Source: Escherichia phage HY03. Taken from it: 64,000 bases of DNA. Positions 9,189-18,935 of this stretch are shown piece after piece. Within the stretch, counting starts at the first letter, position 1. Every line of letters begins with the position of its first letter. A program made the position numbers and the translations under genes. The notes under the pieces are model-generated. The model was not told where the DNA came from, did no database searches, and saw nothing but the letters and a program-made list of their open reading frames with translations. The stretch lies in sequence record NC_031047.1; one strand, given 5' to 3'.

Positions 9189-9915
9189 TCCAAATCATTA
9201 TCGTCTTGAATGGAGATTTATTGCTTTATTCCGTAAACAATTAAAGCAAATTTTGTCTACTGCTAGTCGATTAAAAGGCTCTGATATTAACTTAAAGAAT
9301 CTGAAATTTGATGGTTATACTCTTCAGATGGAAGTAAGACCGTTAAAAGAAAATAATAGAACTGCACGAATTAGCTTTAAACCTAATACAAAAAATTCTC
9401 TTTCAATTTGCGAATGCCTTAAATCGCAGTTGACAGAAGCATTTAAGTATATGGATGTTGTTGCTGCTGTTCAATCTAAGATTTTACCTCGTTTTGAGCG
9501 AAATTGGGAACATACAACAACATATGAACTTGATATGATCGTTTCATTTAAATATGAATTTTTGAGAAAGGATGAAATTGTTCAAGAGAAAAAGCAGGAA
9601 GTGCAAGATACCTTAAATTCATCTAATTACTCATCAAACGATCCTAAATTTTGGATGTATAGCTCAAGCAATATAGATGCATGTAAACTTAATAAAGTGA
9701 GTTTTCTTCCTACTGAAAATTCAAATTTTAAACCTGTTGAAAAATGGCACGCGGATGCGATTGAGAAGTCTATCAAGGCAGTAGATGATGAACTCGTTAA
9801 AGCAACTAATGAAGTGTTAGAAGCTGAAAAGATGCTAGAAAAAGCTCAAGAAAAAGTCAAAAATCTCACGAAGCAACGTTCTAAACTGAACAATGCACTA
9901 AATGCACTAAACTAG
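9085..9915 (+). CDS. hypothetical protein, start unresolved (possible frameshift fusion with 8892..9188)
   Basis: track ORF in +1 frame overlaps upstream gene by about 100 nt; no good RBS at in-frame ATG 9328 or TTG 9253. Confidence 0.35.
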   Translation: MNSSPISVKLLIIKILYLFEALVKVRLIYQLDFFNPNHYRLEWRFIALFRKQLKQILSTASRLKGSDINLKNLKFDGYTLQMEVRPLKENNRTARISFKPNTKNSLSICECLKSQLTEAFKYMDVVAAVQSKILPRFERNWEHTTTYELDMIVSFKYEFLRKDEIVQEKKQEVQDTLNSSNYSSNDPKFWMYSSSNIDACKLNKVSFLPTENSNFKPVEKWHADAIEKSIKAVDDELVKATNEVLEAEKMLEKAQEKVKNLTKQRSKLNNALNALN

Positions 9916-9944
9916 TTTACTTCGCCACAAGGATGTGGTATAAT
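9915..9944 (+). promoter_or_regulatory. T4 early promoter
   Basis: GTTTAC, 18 nt, TATAAT. Confidence 0.7.
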
Positions 9945-9972
9945 GTTCTTACTTTCTACTGAGGAGATTAAT

Positions 9973-10899
9973 ATGACTCGTAAACATTATATTGATTATT
10001 TTGACAGTCTTATTACTAAACACCGTAATTATCAGATCGGACGCAGAGCAGTAATCAATAATATTCTTCGTGATTTCCTTCAATATGTTGGCCAGGAAAA
10101 TCATATCTGTAAAGATACTCAAAACGCTTATTCTCATTCGTTAGGCAATTTGCTTCAATGGTTTAAACGTTCTCGTCTGTTATCTTCTACTGTAGCTAGT
10201 GATAACATTAAAAACTTTATGAAGCCGAGCTTCATTAAATCTGAGACATCTATAACCGATTTGGTTGAATTTACTATTGTTAACGATGTTAAAAAGACCC
10301 ATTTGGCTGATTGGTTATCTACCATTCCCGAAACTAAATTTGCTGATAAATTCGCTTGTCAATTCAATGACCAAGTGAATATGCTTTTTAAGCATGCTCG
10401 TAAACTATTTACCGCGGGCGATGACCGTACAAATACAGTTCATGTTAAGGATTGGGTTATTGCTGATGAAGTAACACGCAAGCCAGGTGGTTCATCAGTA
10501 TTAATTAATATCCAGGTTCCTTATTATTACTCACATAATCTCGGCACCATGACAGCTAGAGAAATTAATAAGCACAACAAAATTATTCGTTCGTTGTCTT
10601 ATAAACTCTGCACGATGGTGGAGATGATGGACGTAGTGGAAATGTATGACGAAACCGAAGATAATGGTTCAATGCTGTACAGTTCACGCATTCTAATTAA
10701 ACTGAAGAACCCTAATACATATAAGCAAGTTGTAAAAGAACCTAAAGCAGAAAAGGCTGATAATCTGAGTGAAGAACGTGAATATCTCAATGCTCGTTTG
10801 ATTGAAGTTGAAGCCCAAATTGCAGAACACACCAAATTGTTAAAAGCTCTTAATGCAAAAGCAAATGGTTTACGCAATGCTATTGAGGTATTGAAATGA
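9973..10899 (+). CDS. hypothetical protein with coiled-coil C-terminus
   Basis: in-frame ATG after GAGGAG RBS; track ORF 9943..10899. Confidence 0.6.
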   Translation: MTRKHYIDYFDSLITKHRNYQIGRRAVINNILRDFLQYVGQENHICKDTQNAYSHSLGNLLQWFKRSRLLSSTVASDNIKNFMKPSFIKSETSITDLVEFTIVNDVKKTHLADWLSTIPETKFADKFACQFNDQVNMLFKHARKLFTAGDDRTNTVHVKDWVIADEVTRKPGGSSVLINIQVPYYYSHNLGTMTAREINKHNKIIRSLSYKLCTMVEMMDVVEMYDETEDNGSMLYSSRILIKLKNPNTYKQVVKEPKAEKADNLSEEREYLNARLIEVEAQIAEHTKLLKALNAKANGLRNAIEVLK

Positions 10900-11210
10900 A
10901 AAAGCGTCTATTAGAAGACATTGCAGCTTCAAGTAATTCTAGTCTAATTAAAATTATTATGGCTGGTGAAGAAGACGATTTGGAAATGCGTGGAAAGATT
11001 CATGGTTGTGATGATTATAGCCCTCCTGTTAATTGGGATTCTGTAATGGTCATGGTTAAACGTCGCGAAAGGGCTTCTAAAAACGTTCCTAATTGTCCTG
11101 AATGCGGTACTGAACAGGTACAATTAGTTCATTGGCAGACTAGTAATCTTCGTTATAAATGTCGCCATTGTAAACACCGATTTGACCGAGAAGAAAATGA
11201 CCAAGCGTAA
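10896..11210 (+). CDS. hypothetical zinc-ribbon protein
   Basis: 104 aa; CPECG...CRHCKHRF. Confidence 0.6.
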   Translation: MKKRLLEDIAASSNSSLIKIIMAGEEDDLEMRGKIHGCDDYSPPVNWDSVMVMVKRRERASKNVPNCPECGTEQVQLVHWQTSNLRYKCRHCKHRFDREENDQA

Positions 11211-11439
11211 AGAATATATGGAGGCTGCTGAAAAGGCAGTCCGTGAATTAGCAATAGCTTATTATAATGAACATGGTAAATTTCCTGATAGATACAGCGT
11301 GCTTAAATCTGCTTTAACTCGTTCATATAAAAATATGCTATCAGAAGTAAGTGATATTATATACAAACATAAAGAACAAACGGGCCAAAGTCTTGATTAC
11401 GACGAGACTTTTAAACAAGTACTAGGAATTAAGGAATAA
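11197..11439 (+). CDS. hypothetical protein
   Basis: track ORF 11182..11439; start uncertain. Confidence 0.45.
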   Translation: MTKRKEYMEAAEKAVRELAIAYYNEHGKFPDRYSVLKSALTRSYKNMLSEVSDIIYKHKEQTGQSLDYDETFKQVLGIKE

Positions 11440-11440
11440 T

Positions 11441-11704
11441 ATGTTTAAAGTATATGGTTATGATAGCAACATTCATAAATGCGTGTATTGCGATAATGCA
11501 AAACGTCTTTTGACCGTGAAGAAACAGCCGTTTGAATTTATCAACATTATGCCGGAAAAAGGTGTTTTTGATGATGAGAAAATTGCTGAGCTTCTGACTA
11601 AACTAGGTCGTGATACTCAAATCGGCTTGACAATGCCTCAGGTATTTGCTCCTGATGGAAGTCATATTGGTGGATTTGACCAATTGCGGGAATACTTTAA
11701 ATGA
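11441..11704 (+). CDS. nrdC: glutaredoxin (phage thioredoxin)
   Basis: 87 aa; CVYC active site; matches recalled T4 NrdC. Confidence 0.9.
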   Translation: MFKVYGYDSNIHKCVYCDNAKRLLTVKKQPFEFINIMPEKGVFDDEKIAELLTKLGRDTQIGLTMPQVFAPDGSHIGGFDQLREYFK

Positions 11705-11916
11705 TGCTCGAAGGAACTGATTATATTCACGATTACCGCGGAAGCGCGGTATATGTAGGTGATGAAGTTGCAGTTTATTATGGGTATGGAACTTTGATGA
11801 CAGCAAAGGTTATTCAAATTAAAAATAATCGTGCTAAACTTGAAGTTTATTATTCTAATGGTGAAAAGTCCATTTCTAAGTGGAAATACGGCGATTGTAT
11901 GGTCAAACTGGGGTAA
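11701..11916 (+). CDS. hypothetical protein
   Basis: 71-aa ORF. Confidence 0.5.
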   Translation: MMLEGTDYIHDYRGSAVYVGDEVAVYYGYGTLMTAKVIQIKNNRAKLEVYYSNGEKSISKWKYGDCMVKLG

Positions 11917-11918
11917 AT

Positions 11919-12089
11919 ATGATTTACGATATTAATGTAGCAAGAGCTCCGTCAATGGTTACTATTCCTGCTGAAGAATTAGATCGTCTTCATAAAATTG
12001 AAGAACTTCTTTGGGAAATTGAATCTGATTTGCCATCAGGATTAGAATCCTGGATTGATTATGAAGAACTTAATAAGCTTCGGGGTTAA
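11919..12089 (+). CDS. hypothetical protein
   Basis: 56 aa from in-frame ATG of track ORF 11880..12089. Confidence 0.45.
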   Translation: MIYDINVARAPSMVTIPAEELDRLHKIEELLWEIESDLPSGLESWIDYEELNKLRG

Positions 12090-12141
12090 ACCCTGGTGGG
12101 CGGTTAGATGGGAAACTGTAGAGCCAGAGCCGGAAGAACCG

Positions 12142-12171
12142 GTTTACACTGATGAAGAAACAGTATATAAT
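12142..12171 (+). promoter_or_regulatory. T4 early promoter
   Basis: GTTTAC, 18 nt, TATAAT in the 120-nt gap. Confidence 0.65.
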
Positions 12172-12211
12172 GAACCTACAATAAATGACTTAATTGATAT
12201 GGAGATGGGAC

Positions 12212-12658
12212 ATGATTACAGTAGATAAGTGGTTTAGAATTAATCGTGCTGATAAAGGGCTGTGTAATTACTGGCCGGAACTTAGTGCAGGTACTGTCTT
12301 TAAAGTTCGTGAACTTGCAAAAGAATGTGAAGATGACATAGAACCTGATACTGGAATTATTGAAATTGAACTTTCTGATGGAAAGATTATTAACATCTAT
12401 GATAAGCCAATTACGTATTGGTGCTTGTGGAATACTGAATCCGCAGAAAATGGCGAAATTGAAGAAGTTGTAGAACGAATTGATCAAGTTATTCGGAAGC
12501 CTGAAGCCGCTTTTCAAGGTGAACGTATTTCATATGCATTAGCTAAATTAGCTGCACAAGAAAATAATGATGGTTATGAAGGAAATTTAATGCAAGCTGC
12601 GGCAGAATATATTGAATGGCTTGAAACTCAAATTTCTTTTTCTGACCGAGCGTTTTAA
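12212..12658 (+). CDS. hypothetical acidic protein (pin/49.x position)
   Basis: 148 aa from ATG with GGAG RBS; track start is an upstream TTG. Confidence 0.55.
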   Translation: MITVDKWFRINRADKGLCNYWPELSAGTVFKVRELAKECEDDIEPDTGIIEIELSDGKIINIYDKPITYWCLWNTESAENGEIEEVVERIDQVIRKPEAAFQGERISYALAKLAAQENNDGYEGNLMQAAAEYIEWLETQISFSDRAF

Positions 12659-12675
12659 TACTTGAAATAATAAAT

Positions 12676-12704
12676 ACCCTTATCTATTTAAGGTAAGGGT
12701 TTTA
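12676..12704 (+). terminator. possible terminator hairpin
   Basis: ACCCTTA / TAAGGGT stem with 11-nt loop then TTTT. Confidence 0.45.
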
Positions 12705-12706
12705 TT

Positions 12707-13180
12707 ATGTTATTGACTGGCAAATTATACAAAGAAGAAAAACAAAAATTTTATAATGCACAAAACGGTAAATGCTTAATTTGCCAACGAGAACTAAATC
12801 CTGATGTTCAAGCTAATCACCTCGACCATGACCATGAATTAAATGGACCAAAAGCAGGAAAGGTGCGTGGATTGCTTTGTAATCTCTGCAATGCCGCAGA
12901 AGGTCAAATGAAGCACAAATTTAATCGTTCTGGCTTAAAGGGACAAGGTGTTGATTATCTTGAATGGTTAGAAAATTTACTTACTTATTTAAAATCCGAT
13001 TACACCCAAAATAATATTCACCCTAACTTCGTTGGAGATAAATCAAAGGAATTTTCTCGTTTAGGAAAAGAGGAAATGATGGCTGAGATGCTTCAAAGAG
13101 GATTTGAATATAATGAATCTGACACCAAAACACAATTAATAGCTTCATTTAAGAAGCAGCTTAGAAAGAGTTTAAAATGA
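12707..13180 (+). CDS. 49: endonuclease VII (Holliday junction resolvase)
   Basis: 157 aa; zinc-binding CLICQ...CNLCN; matches recalled T4 gp49. Confidence 0.9.
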   Translation: MLLTGKLYKEEKQKFYNAQNGKCLICQRELNPDVQANHLDHDHELNGPKAGKVRGLLCNLCNAAEGQMKHKFNRSGLKGQGVDYLEWLENLLTYLKSDYTQNNIHPNFVGDKSKEFSRLGKEEMMAEMLQRGFEYNESDTKTQLIASFKKQLRKSLK

Positions 13181-13714
13181 CAATTGAAAAAGAAATTGAA
13201 GGATTGATTCATAAAACTAATAAAGACCTTTTAAACGAGAATGCTAATAAAGATTCTCGTGTTTTTCCAACTCAACGGGACCTTATGGCCGGTATTGTGT
13301 CTAAACACATTGCCAAAAATATGGTCCCGTCTTTTATTATGAAAGCGCATGAAAGCGGAATTATTCACGTGCATGATATTGATTATTCTCCTGCTCTTCC
13401 GTTTACCAATTGCTGTTTAGTCGATTTAAAGGGGATGCTTGAGAATGGATTTAAATTAGGCAATGCTCAAATTGAAACGCCTAAATCTATTGGCGTTGCT
13501 ACTGCAATTATGGCACAAATTACAGCACAAGTTGCTTCACACCAGTATGGCGGAACTACATTTGCGAATGTCGATAAAGTTCTTTCTCCTTATGTTAAAC
13601 GTACATACGCTAAACATGTTGAAGATGCAGAAAAATGGCAAATCGCTGATGCGTTGAATTATGCTCAATCTAAAACAGAAAAAGATGTATACGATGCATT
13701 CCAGGCGTATGAGT
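13177..13714 (+). CDS. nrdD: anaerobic ribonucleotide reductase NrdD, exon 1
   Basis: N-terminal 179 codons plus one nt; exon ends in U that can wobble-pair with intron guide GCUCAU. Confidence 0.75.
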
Positions 13715-13925
13715 TAATTTAATTCAGGCTCATGTAAAACCGGTCTAAACGGGGAACCTCTCTAGTAGACAATCCCGTGCTAAATGTTCTTTTGAACTAA
13801 ATGCCTAACGACTAACCGTGATGAATGTAGCGGTGTAGAATAGAAGCTAATGCTATTCGAAACGGCCGGCATCGAAAGATGAAGATATAGTCTAATCTGC
13901 ATGGCGACATGCAGCAGTCATCTTG

Positions 13926-13933
13926 TATAAATA
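13926..13933 (+). promoter_or_regulatory. T4 late promoter box TATAAATA
   Basis: exact TATAAATA 29 nt upstream of the intron ORF ATG. Confidence 0.6.
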
Positions 13934-13962
13934 AGATTATCTTATGAATACGAGGTGAAACA

Positions 13963-14733
13963 ATGAAATGGATAAAAAGACGTTGTACTAAAATAAAAGA
14001 TAAAGACGCATTTACATACTTAGTTAAGTTTTCTAATGGCGACATTTATATCGGTTATAAAAAATTTAGAACAATTAAAAACAAGCCCACAAACTGGAAA
14101 ACTTACACAACGTCATCTAAGTATATAAATGAACGCTTAAAAACTGATACACCTACTAAATGGATAATTTTAAAAACATTTGATAGTTATAAAGATGCAT
14201 TAAAACATGAAGAAGAGGTCATACGTAAATATTTTTATAGCAAAAAATGTTTAAATAAATCCATAGGCGGTAAAAAGTTTTATAAGCATCCGGATACTGA
14301 AGAACATATTCAAAAATTAAGAGATGCTCATAAGGGTAAAGTGTTATCCGAATCTCATAAAAACAATATAAAATCTTCTGTGGCTGAATATTATGCTAAA
14401 AACAGAAGATCTAAGGAACATGTGCAAAATAATATCAATAGTCGAAAAAGTAAAAAACAAGTATCGATAAAGCTTAAAAATAAAACTTTTAGAAGTTTTA
14501 AAAAAGCAGCGGAATATTTAAATTGCACTGAAAGTGAAGTCGAAACTCATCCTCTTGTTTTGAGTATTAAGACTACTATTCATAAAGTTCCTGAATATGT
14601 GGTTGTTGACGGTATTAAGTATACGTCTTATATAGAAGCAGCTAAAGCGCTAAATTTTCATCCTAGCACTATAAAAGAACGTTGCATATCTATGGACTAT
14701 CCAAATTTTGTTGTTTCATATAAACGGGCATGA
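13963..14733 (+). CDS. I-TevII: intron-encoded GIY-YIG homing endonuclease
   Basis: 256 aa; GDIYIGYKK motif; inside the nrdD intron. Confidence 0.8.
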   Translation: MKWIKRRCTKIKDKDAFTYLVKFSNGDIYIGYKKFRTIKNKPTNWKTYTTSSKYINERLKTDTPTKWIILKTFDSYKDALKHEEEVIRKYFYSKKCLNKSIGGKKFYKHPDTEEHIQKLRDAHKGKVLSESHKNNIKSSVAEYYAKNRRSKEHVQNNINSRKSKKQVSIKLKNKTFRSFKKAAEYLNCTESEVETHPLVLSIKTTIHKVPEYVVVDGIKYTSYIEAAKALNFHPSTIKERCISMDYPNFVVSYKRA

Positions 14734-14747
14734 ATTTGCGACTCATG

Positions 14748-16039
14748 CTGAATATAATGATGAAGTAAATACACTTTTCAGCTCTAATGGACAGACTCCT
14801 TTTGTAACAATTACATTTGGTACGGGAACTGACTGGACTGAACGAATGATTCAGAAAGCAATTCTGAAAAATCGTATTAAAGGTCTTGGTCGTGATGGGA
14901 TAACTCCTATTTTCCCTAAGCTTGTTATGTTTGTTGAAGAAGGTGTTAATCTTTACAAAGACGATCCGAACTATGATATTAAGCAGCTTGCTCTAGAGTG
15001 CGCAAGCAAAAGAATGTATCCTGATATTATTTCAGCTAAGAACAATAAAGCTATCACTGGTTCATCTATTCCTGTTTCTCCGATGGGATGCCGTAGTTTC
15101 TTGAGTGTATGGAAAGATTCGACTGGTAATGAAATTCTTGATGGACGTAATAATCTTGGTGTTGTAACACTGAATCTTCCTCGTATCGCATTAGATTCTT
15201 ATATTGGAACACAGTTCAATGAACAGAAATTTGTTGAATTGTTCAATGAACGAATGGATTTGTGTTTTGAAGCTTTGATGTGTAGAATTAGTTCCTTAAA
15301 AGGAGTTAAAGCTACTGTTGCTCCTATTCTTTACCAAGAAGGTGCATTCGGGGTTCGTCTTAAACCTGATGACGACATAATTGAGTTATTTAAAAACGGT
15401 AGAAGTTCAGTGTCCCTAGGATACATTGGTATTCATGAATTGAATATTCTTGTCGGTCGTGATATTGGACAGGAAATTTTAACTAAAATGAATGCCCATC
15501 TTAAACAGTGGACTGAAAGAACTGGATTTGCTTTTAGTTTATATTCGACTCCTGCTGAAAACCTTTGTTATCGCTTCTGTAAACTTGATACAGAAAAATA
15601 TGGAAGCGTAAAAGATGTTACCGATAAAGGTTGGTACACTAATAGTTTCCATGTTTCAGTAGAAGAAAATATTACTCCGTTTGAAAAGATTTCTCGTGAA
15701 GCGCCATATCATTTCATTGCGACAGGTGGTCACATTTCTTATGTTGAACTTCCTGATATGAAAAATAACTTAAAAGGTCTTGAGGCCGTATGGGATTATG
15801 CTGCACAGCATTTAGATTATTTTGGTGTTAATATGCCAGTAGATAAATGTTTTACATGTGGAAGTACCCATGAAATGACTCCTACTGAAAACGGATTTGT
15901 TTGTTCTATTTGTGGAGAAACTGATCCTAAAAAGATGAACACCATAAGAAGAACATGCGGATATCTTGGAACTCCTAGCGTTGTCCCATGGAATTTAGGT
16001 AAAATGAAAGAAATGGTAAAACGAGTAAAACATGCATAG
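14748..16039 (+). CDS. nrdD: anaerobic ribonucleotide reductase NrdD, exon 2
   Basis: begins CUGAA (pairs with intron UUCAG); C-terminal glycyl-radical motif RRTCGYLG and Cys cluster. Confidence 0.75.
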
Positions 16040-16862
16040 GTATTATATAATTTATAAAATAACAAATATAATTAATTCAAAGGAATATATCGGTGCGCAT
16101 AGCACCGATAACATAAATGACGGTTATATGGGGTCAGGAACATTGATTCGTGCCGCTTTATTAAAATATGGTAGAAAAAATTTTAATAAAGAAATTTTAC
16201 ATGTTTTTGATAATGAAAAACAAATGTATGATAAAGAAGCTGAACTCGTAACCGAAGAGTATTGTCTAAAAGAAAATACATATAATATTAAACCTGGTGG
16301 CAAAGGTGGAACTGCCTATGAACAGACGCTTGAACATCGCCGCAAAAATAGCTTAGCAAATAAAGGTAAAAAGAGAACAGCAGAAACTAAAATAGCTATT
16401 TCAAATGCTTTAAAGAAATATAAACGTACGTCAGAACATCAAGCAAACTTAAATAAAGCTGTAAGCATAGCCATGAAGCGAAAAGATGTTAGAAGTAAAT
16501 TAACTGGAGCGCGTTCTGAGAAAGATAAATTATCTATATCAAATGGTGTTAAAAAATATTACAATTCTTTGAGCGAAGAAGAACGTGAACTTCATCGCAA
16601 GCGAATTATTGAAGGTAAAAAGAATTCTCCCATGACATTGGAATCCAGACAAAAGCTTTCAAAAGCTTTAAAAGGACTTCAAGTTGGTTCAAAAAATCCA
16701 ATGTATGGAAAAATTTCTCCAACTAGCAAAACCGTTTCAGTTGACGGTATTAAATATGATTCAATTAAAAAGTGCTCAAATGCCATAAAAGTTTCTAGAC
16801 ATCTTATACTAAAACGCTGTAATTCTACTGATGAAGCTTGGAAAAATTGGATATTATTATGA
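16032..16862 (+). CDS. free-standing GIY-YIG homing endonuclease (segH-like, at the T4 mobC position)
   Basis: 276 aa; YYIIYKITNIINSKEYIGAHS motif, NUMOD-like repeats, C-terminal HTH-like segment. Confidence 0.75.
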   Translation: MHRYYIIYKITNIINSKEYIGAHSTDNINDGYMGSGTLIRAALLKYGRKNFNKEILHVFDNEKQMYDKEAELVTEEYCLKENTYNIKPGGKGGTAYEQTLEHRRKNSLANKGKKRTAETKIAISNALKKYKRTSEHQANLNKAVSIAMKRKDVRSKLTGARSEKDKLSISNGVKKYYNSLSEEERELHRKRIIEGKKNSPMTLESRQKLSKALKGLQVGSKNPMYGKISPTSKTVSVDGIKYDSIKKCSNAIKVSRHLILKRCNSTDEAWKNWILL

Positions 16863-17329
16863 ATTATGATAGATTTTATCCTTGCGATTTTGTTAATGGT
16901 CCTGGGTGCAGGACCGTTCTTTTTGTTACTGGATGTTTGCATAAATGCGAAGGGTGTTATAATAAATCAACATGGAATGCTAGAAATGGTATTCCATTCA
17001 CTGGTGAAACACTAGAGCAATTAATTGAATGTTTGAATAATGATTATATAGAAGGATTGACTATAACTGGAGGAGACCCTCTCTATCCTGATAACCGAGA
17101 TGTTATTCATTGCATTGTTCAAACAGTAAAAAATCTTTATCCAAATAAAAGCATTTGGTTGTGGACAGGATATAAGTTTGAGGATATTAAACAACTAGAA
17201 ATGCTTAAATATGTTGATGTTATTATTGATGGGAAGTATGAGAAAAATCTTCCGACTAAAAAGCTGTGGCGAGGATCAGATAATCAGCGACTTTGGTCAA
17301 ATACCGATGGGGTGTGGAAACATGATTAA
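16859..17329 (+). CDS. nrdG: anaerobic ribonucleotide reductase activating protein
   Basis: 156 aa; radical-SAM-like Cys cluster CRTVLFVTGCLHKCEGC. Confidence 0.85.
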   Translation: MNYDRFYPCDFVNGPGCRTVLFVTGCLHKCEGCYNKSTWNARNGIPFTGETLEQLIECLNNDYIEGLTITGGDPLYPDNRDVIHCIVQTVKNLYPNKSIWLWTGYKFEDIKQLEMLKYVDVIIDGKYEKNLPTKKLWRGSDNQRLWSNTDGVWKHD

Positions 17330-17444
17330 ATTGAATTATATTATGGACACTATAAATGATATGATTTTTCATTTTGGTCCAGAGTTTTATTCACAATATA
17401 GTTTAGTGCTTATCAATGCTTGGTTAATCAATTAAGGGTAAAAT

Positions 17445-17657
17445 ATGTATAAATTTCGTAAAGGTTTAGCTGATTTTCTTACAACTGTAACATTCTTTTT
17501 GTTTATGGCAGTTGGAGCTATTTTTCTTATTCCTTTTATTGCTATATTTTTCGTGATTAGTTTGATTTCTCCAGAAAAAGGACTGTCTTCTAGTGAGTTC
17601 AATGAGCGTCTGGATAAAATTACTAACAAACTGAATGCTGCTCTTAGTAAGGAATAG
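17445..17657 (+). CDS. hypothetical membrane protein
   Basis: 70 aa with one hydrophobic helix. Confidence 0.5.
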   Translation: MYKFRKGLADFLTTVTFFLFMAVGAIFLIPFIAIFFVISLISPEKGLSSSEFNERLDKITNKLNAALSKE

Positions 17658-17659
17658 TT

Positions 17660-17968
17660 GTGAAACAGAACAAGATTGAAGTCTATGGAATTCCAGATGA
17701 AGTAGGTCGTTGTCCTGGATGTCAATCAGTTACAAAACTTCTAAAGGAGCTCAATGCTCCTTTTACTTTCTATAAAGTTCTTACAAATAATGGTAAGATT
17801 GAGTATGATCGTCCACTGATTGTATCTCTTGCTAAACGCGCTGGATTCACATCTCTTAATATTCGTTATCCAGTCATTTTCATTAATGATTCTAGACAAA
17901 AGAATATTAAACACTTCAAAGAAACTCTCATTTCACTTGGATATGATAGAGATATCATAGAAGATTAA
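17660..17968 (+). CDS. nrdH: glutaredoxin-like protein
   Basis: 102 aa; CPGC redox motif; GTG start after AAGGAA RBS. Confidence 0.7.
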   Translation: MKQNKIEVYGIPDEVGRCPGCQSVTKLLKELNAPFTFYKVLTNNGKIEYDRPLIVSLAKRAGFTSLNIRYPVIFINDSRQKNIKHFKETLISLGYDRDIIED

Positions 17969-17971
17969 GAC

Positions 17972-17995
17972 GGGCCCTCTGGGCCTTTCTTTCTC
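17972..17995 (+). terminator. possible terminator hairpin
   Basis: GC-rich GGCCC/GGGCC hairpin followed by T-rich tract. Confidence 0.45.
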
Positions 17996-18066
17996 GCATT
18001 CTGTATATTACCATTCTAAGCTATCGTTCCTTTCTTATCATTCCCTAAAATAATTTTCACAAAGTT

Positions 18067-18096
18067 GTTTACAACGAGCTCAAACTGTGGTATTAT
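18067..18096 (+). promoter_or_regulatory. T4 early promoter
   Basis: GTTTAC, 18 nt, TATTAT. Confidence 0.7.
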
Positions 18097-18126
18097 TAAC
18101 ACATGAATTGCCTTTGAGGAATTGAT

Positions 18127-18309
18127 ATGGTTATGATTGATAAAGAAATTAAAAAGGGACAGTATTATCTTATTAATGATAATGTTGTTCGCGTTACTTA
18201 CGTAAATGGTTATGATGTTTATTATCTTATACTTAAGTTACATAAACACATGATTTGTGACCGTGCTGTATTTAGTTCAGTTGCTAAGGAAATTAAACTC
18301 CATGGGTAA
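18127..18309 (+). CDS. hypothetical protein
   Basis: 60-aa ORF. Confidence 0.5.
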   Translation: MVMIDKEIKKGQYYLINDNVVRVTYVNGYDVYYLILKLHKHMICDRAVFSSVAKEIKLHG

Positions 18310-18595
18310 AACGTATCGTCGTAAAGACTTAAAAGTGCGTGATTATGACTATTTCGGAAAGCGTAAAGCTCCTGATGGGGTAAGTCATAAAGATATGGTT
18401 GAAAACATTTTTCGCTCAGATAAATGGCGACGTATGCGAGGTGTTGATTCAGAGGTTAAGAATGAATTGAATCGTCAATTACGTGGTGAAGTAAGAAAGT
18501 TGAAAAAATCAGTTTACATTGACGATGATTTTGATTATAATATTTCTCAACGAGTTGCTAAACGTAAATCAAACGAGTGCTATCGTTACAGCTGA
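18302..18595 (+). CDS. hypothetical basic protein
   Basis: 97 aa from in-frame ATG of track ORF 18257..18595. Confidence 0.5.
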   Translation: MGKTYRRKDLKVRDYDYFGKRKAPDGVSHKDMVENIFRSDKWRRMRGVDSEVKNELNRQLRGEVRKLKKSVYIDDDFDYNISQRVAKRKSNECYRYS

Positions 18596-18602
18596 GGAAA
18601 AT

Positions 18603-18734
18603 ATGAATATCAAACGAATGCTTTTTAAGCAGGGGTTATATACTTTAAATGTTACTCCAAAAGGCGATACGACCAAGTGGTCAGTAAATGACTGGATTAA
18701 ATTTATTGATGAAAACGGTAACTGGAAAATTTAA
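18603..18734 (+). CDS. hypothetical small protein
   Basis: 43 aa from ATG after GAGGAAAAT RBS. Confidence 0.4.
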   Translation: MNIKRMLFKQGLYTLNVTPKGDTTKWSVNDWIKFIDENGNWKI

Positions 18735-18935
18735 ATGAATCCTGAATCTAAATTATCGCAGCGAATTGCTGAAGAACGCGCCAAATTTTTCCAGAACATG
18801 AAACACAATGGTATTGAGGATGAAGTTTTTCTAAATTGGTTCTGGAATAATAAGTATGCAGCATGTGAAGGAGCTTTGTCATTGTCAGTCGCAATGATGT
18901 ACGAAGGCTGGAAGGGTGCCAAAAAGTTTAGCTAA
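18735..18935 (+). CDS. hypothetical protein
   Basis: 66-aa ORF. Confidence 0.5.
   Translation: MNPESKLSQRIAEERAKFFQNMKHNGIEDEVFLNWFWNNKYAACEGALSLSVAMMYEGWKGAKKFS

Larger units (their letters stand above)
13715..14747 (+). mobile_element. group I self-splicing intron (sunY/nrdD type) carrying I-TevII
   Basis: 1033 nt; core-like AAACGGGGAACCTCTCTAGTAGACAATCCCGTGCTAAAT near 5-prime end; P1 and P10 pairings fit both junctions; terminal G. Confidence 0.75.

Noticed and set aside
14748-14760. Alternative nrdD 3-prime splice site at 14759/14760 (1045-nt intron, junction AYE-Y-EVNT)
   Set aside because: Also follows a G and keeps frame, but P10 pairing (intron UUCAG with exon CUGAA) and the 1033-nt length favour 14747/14748; only cDNA can settle it.
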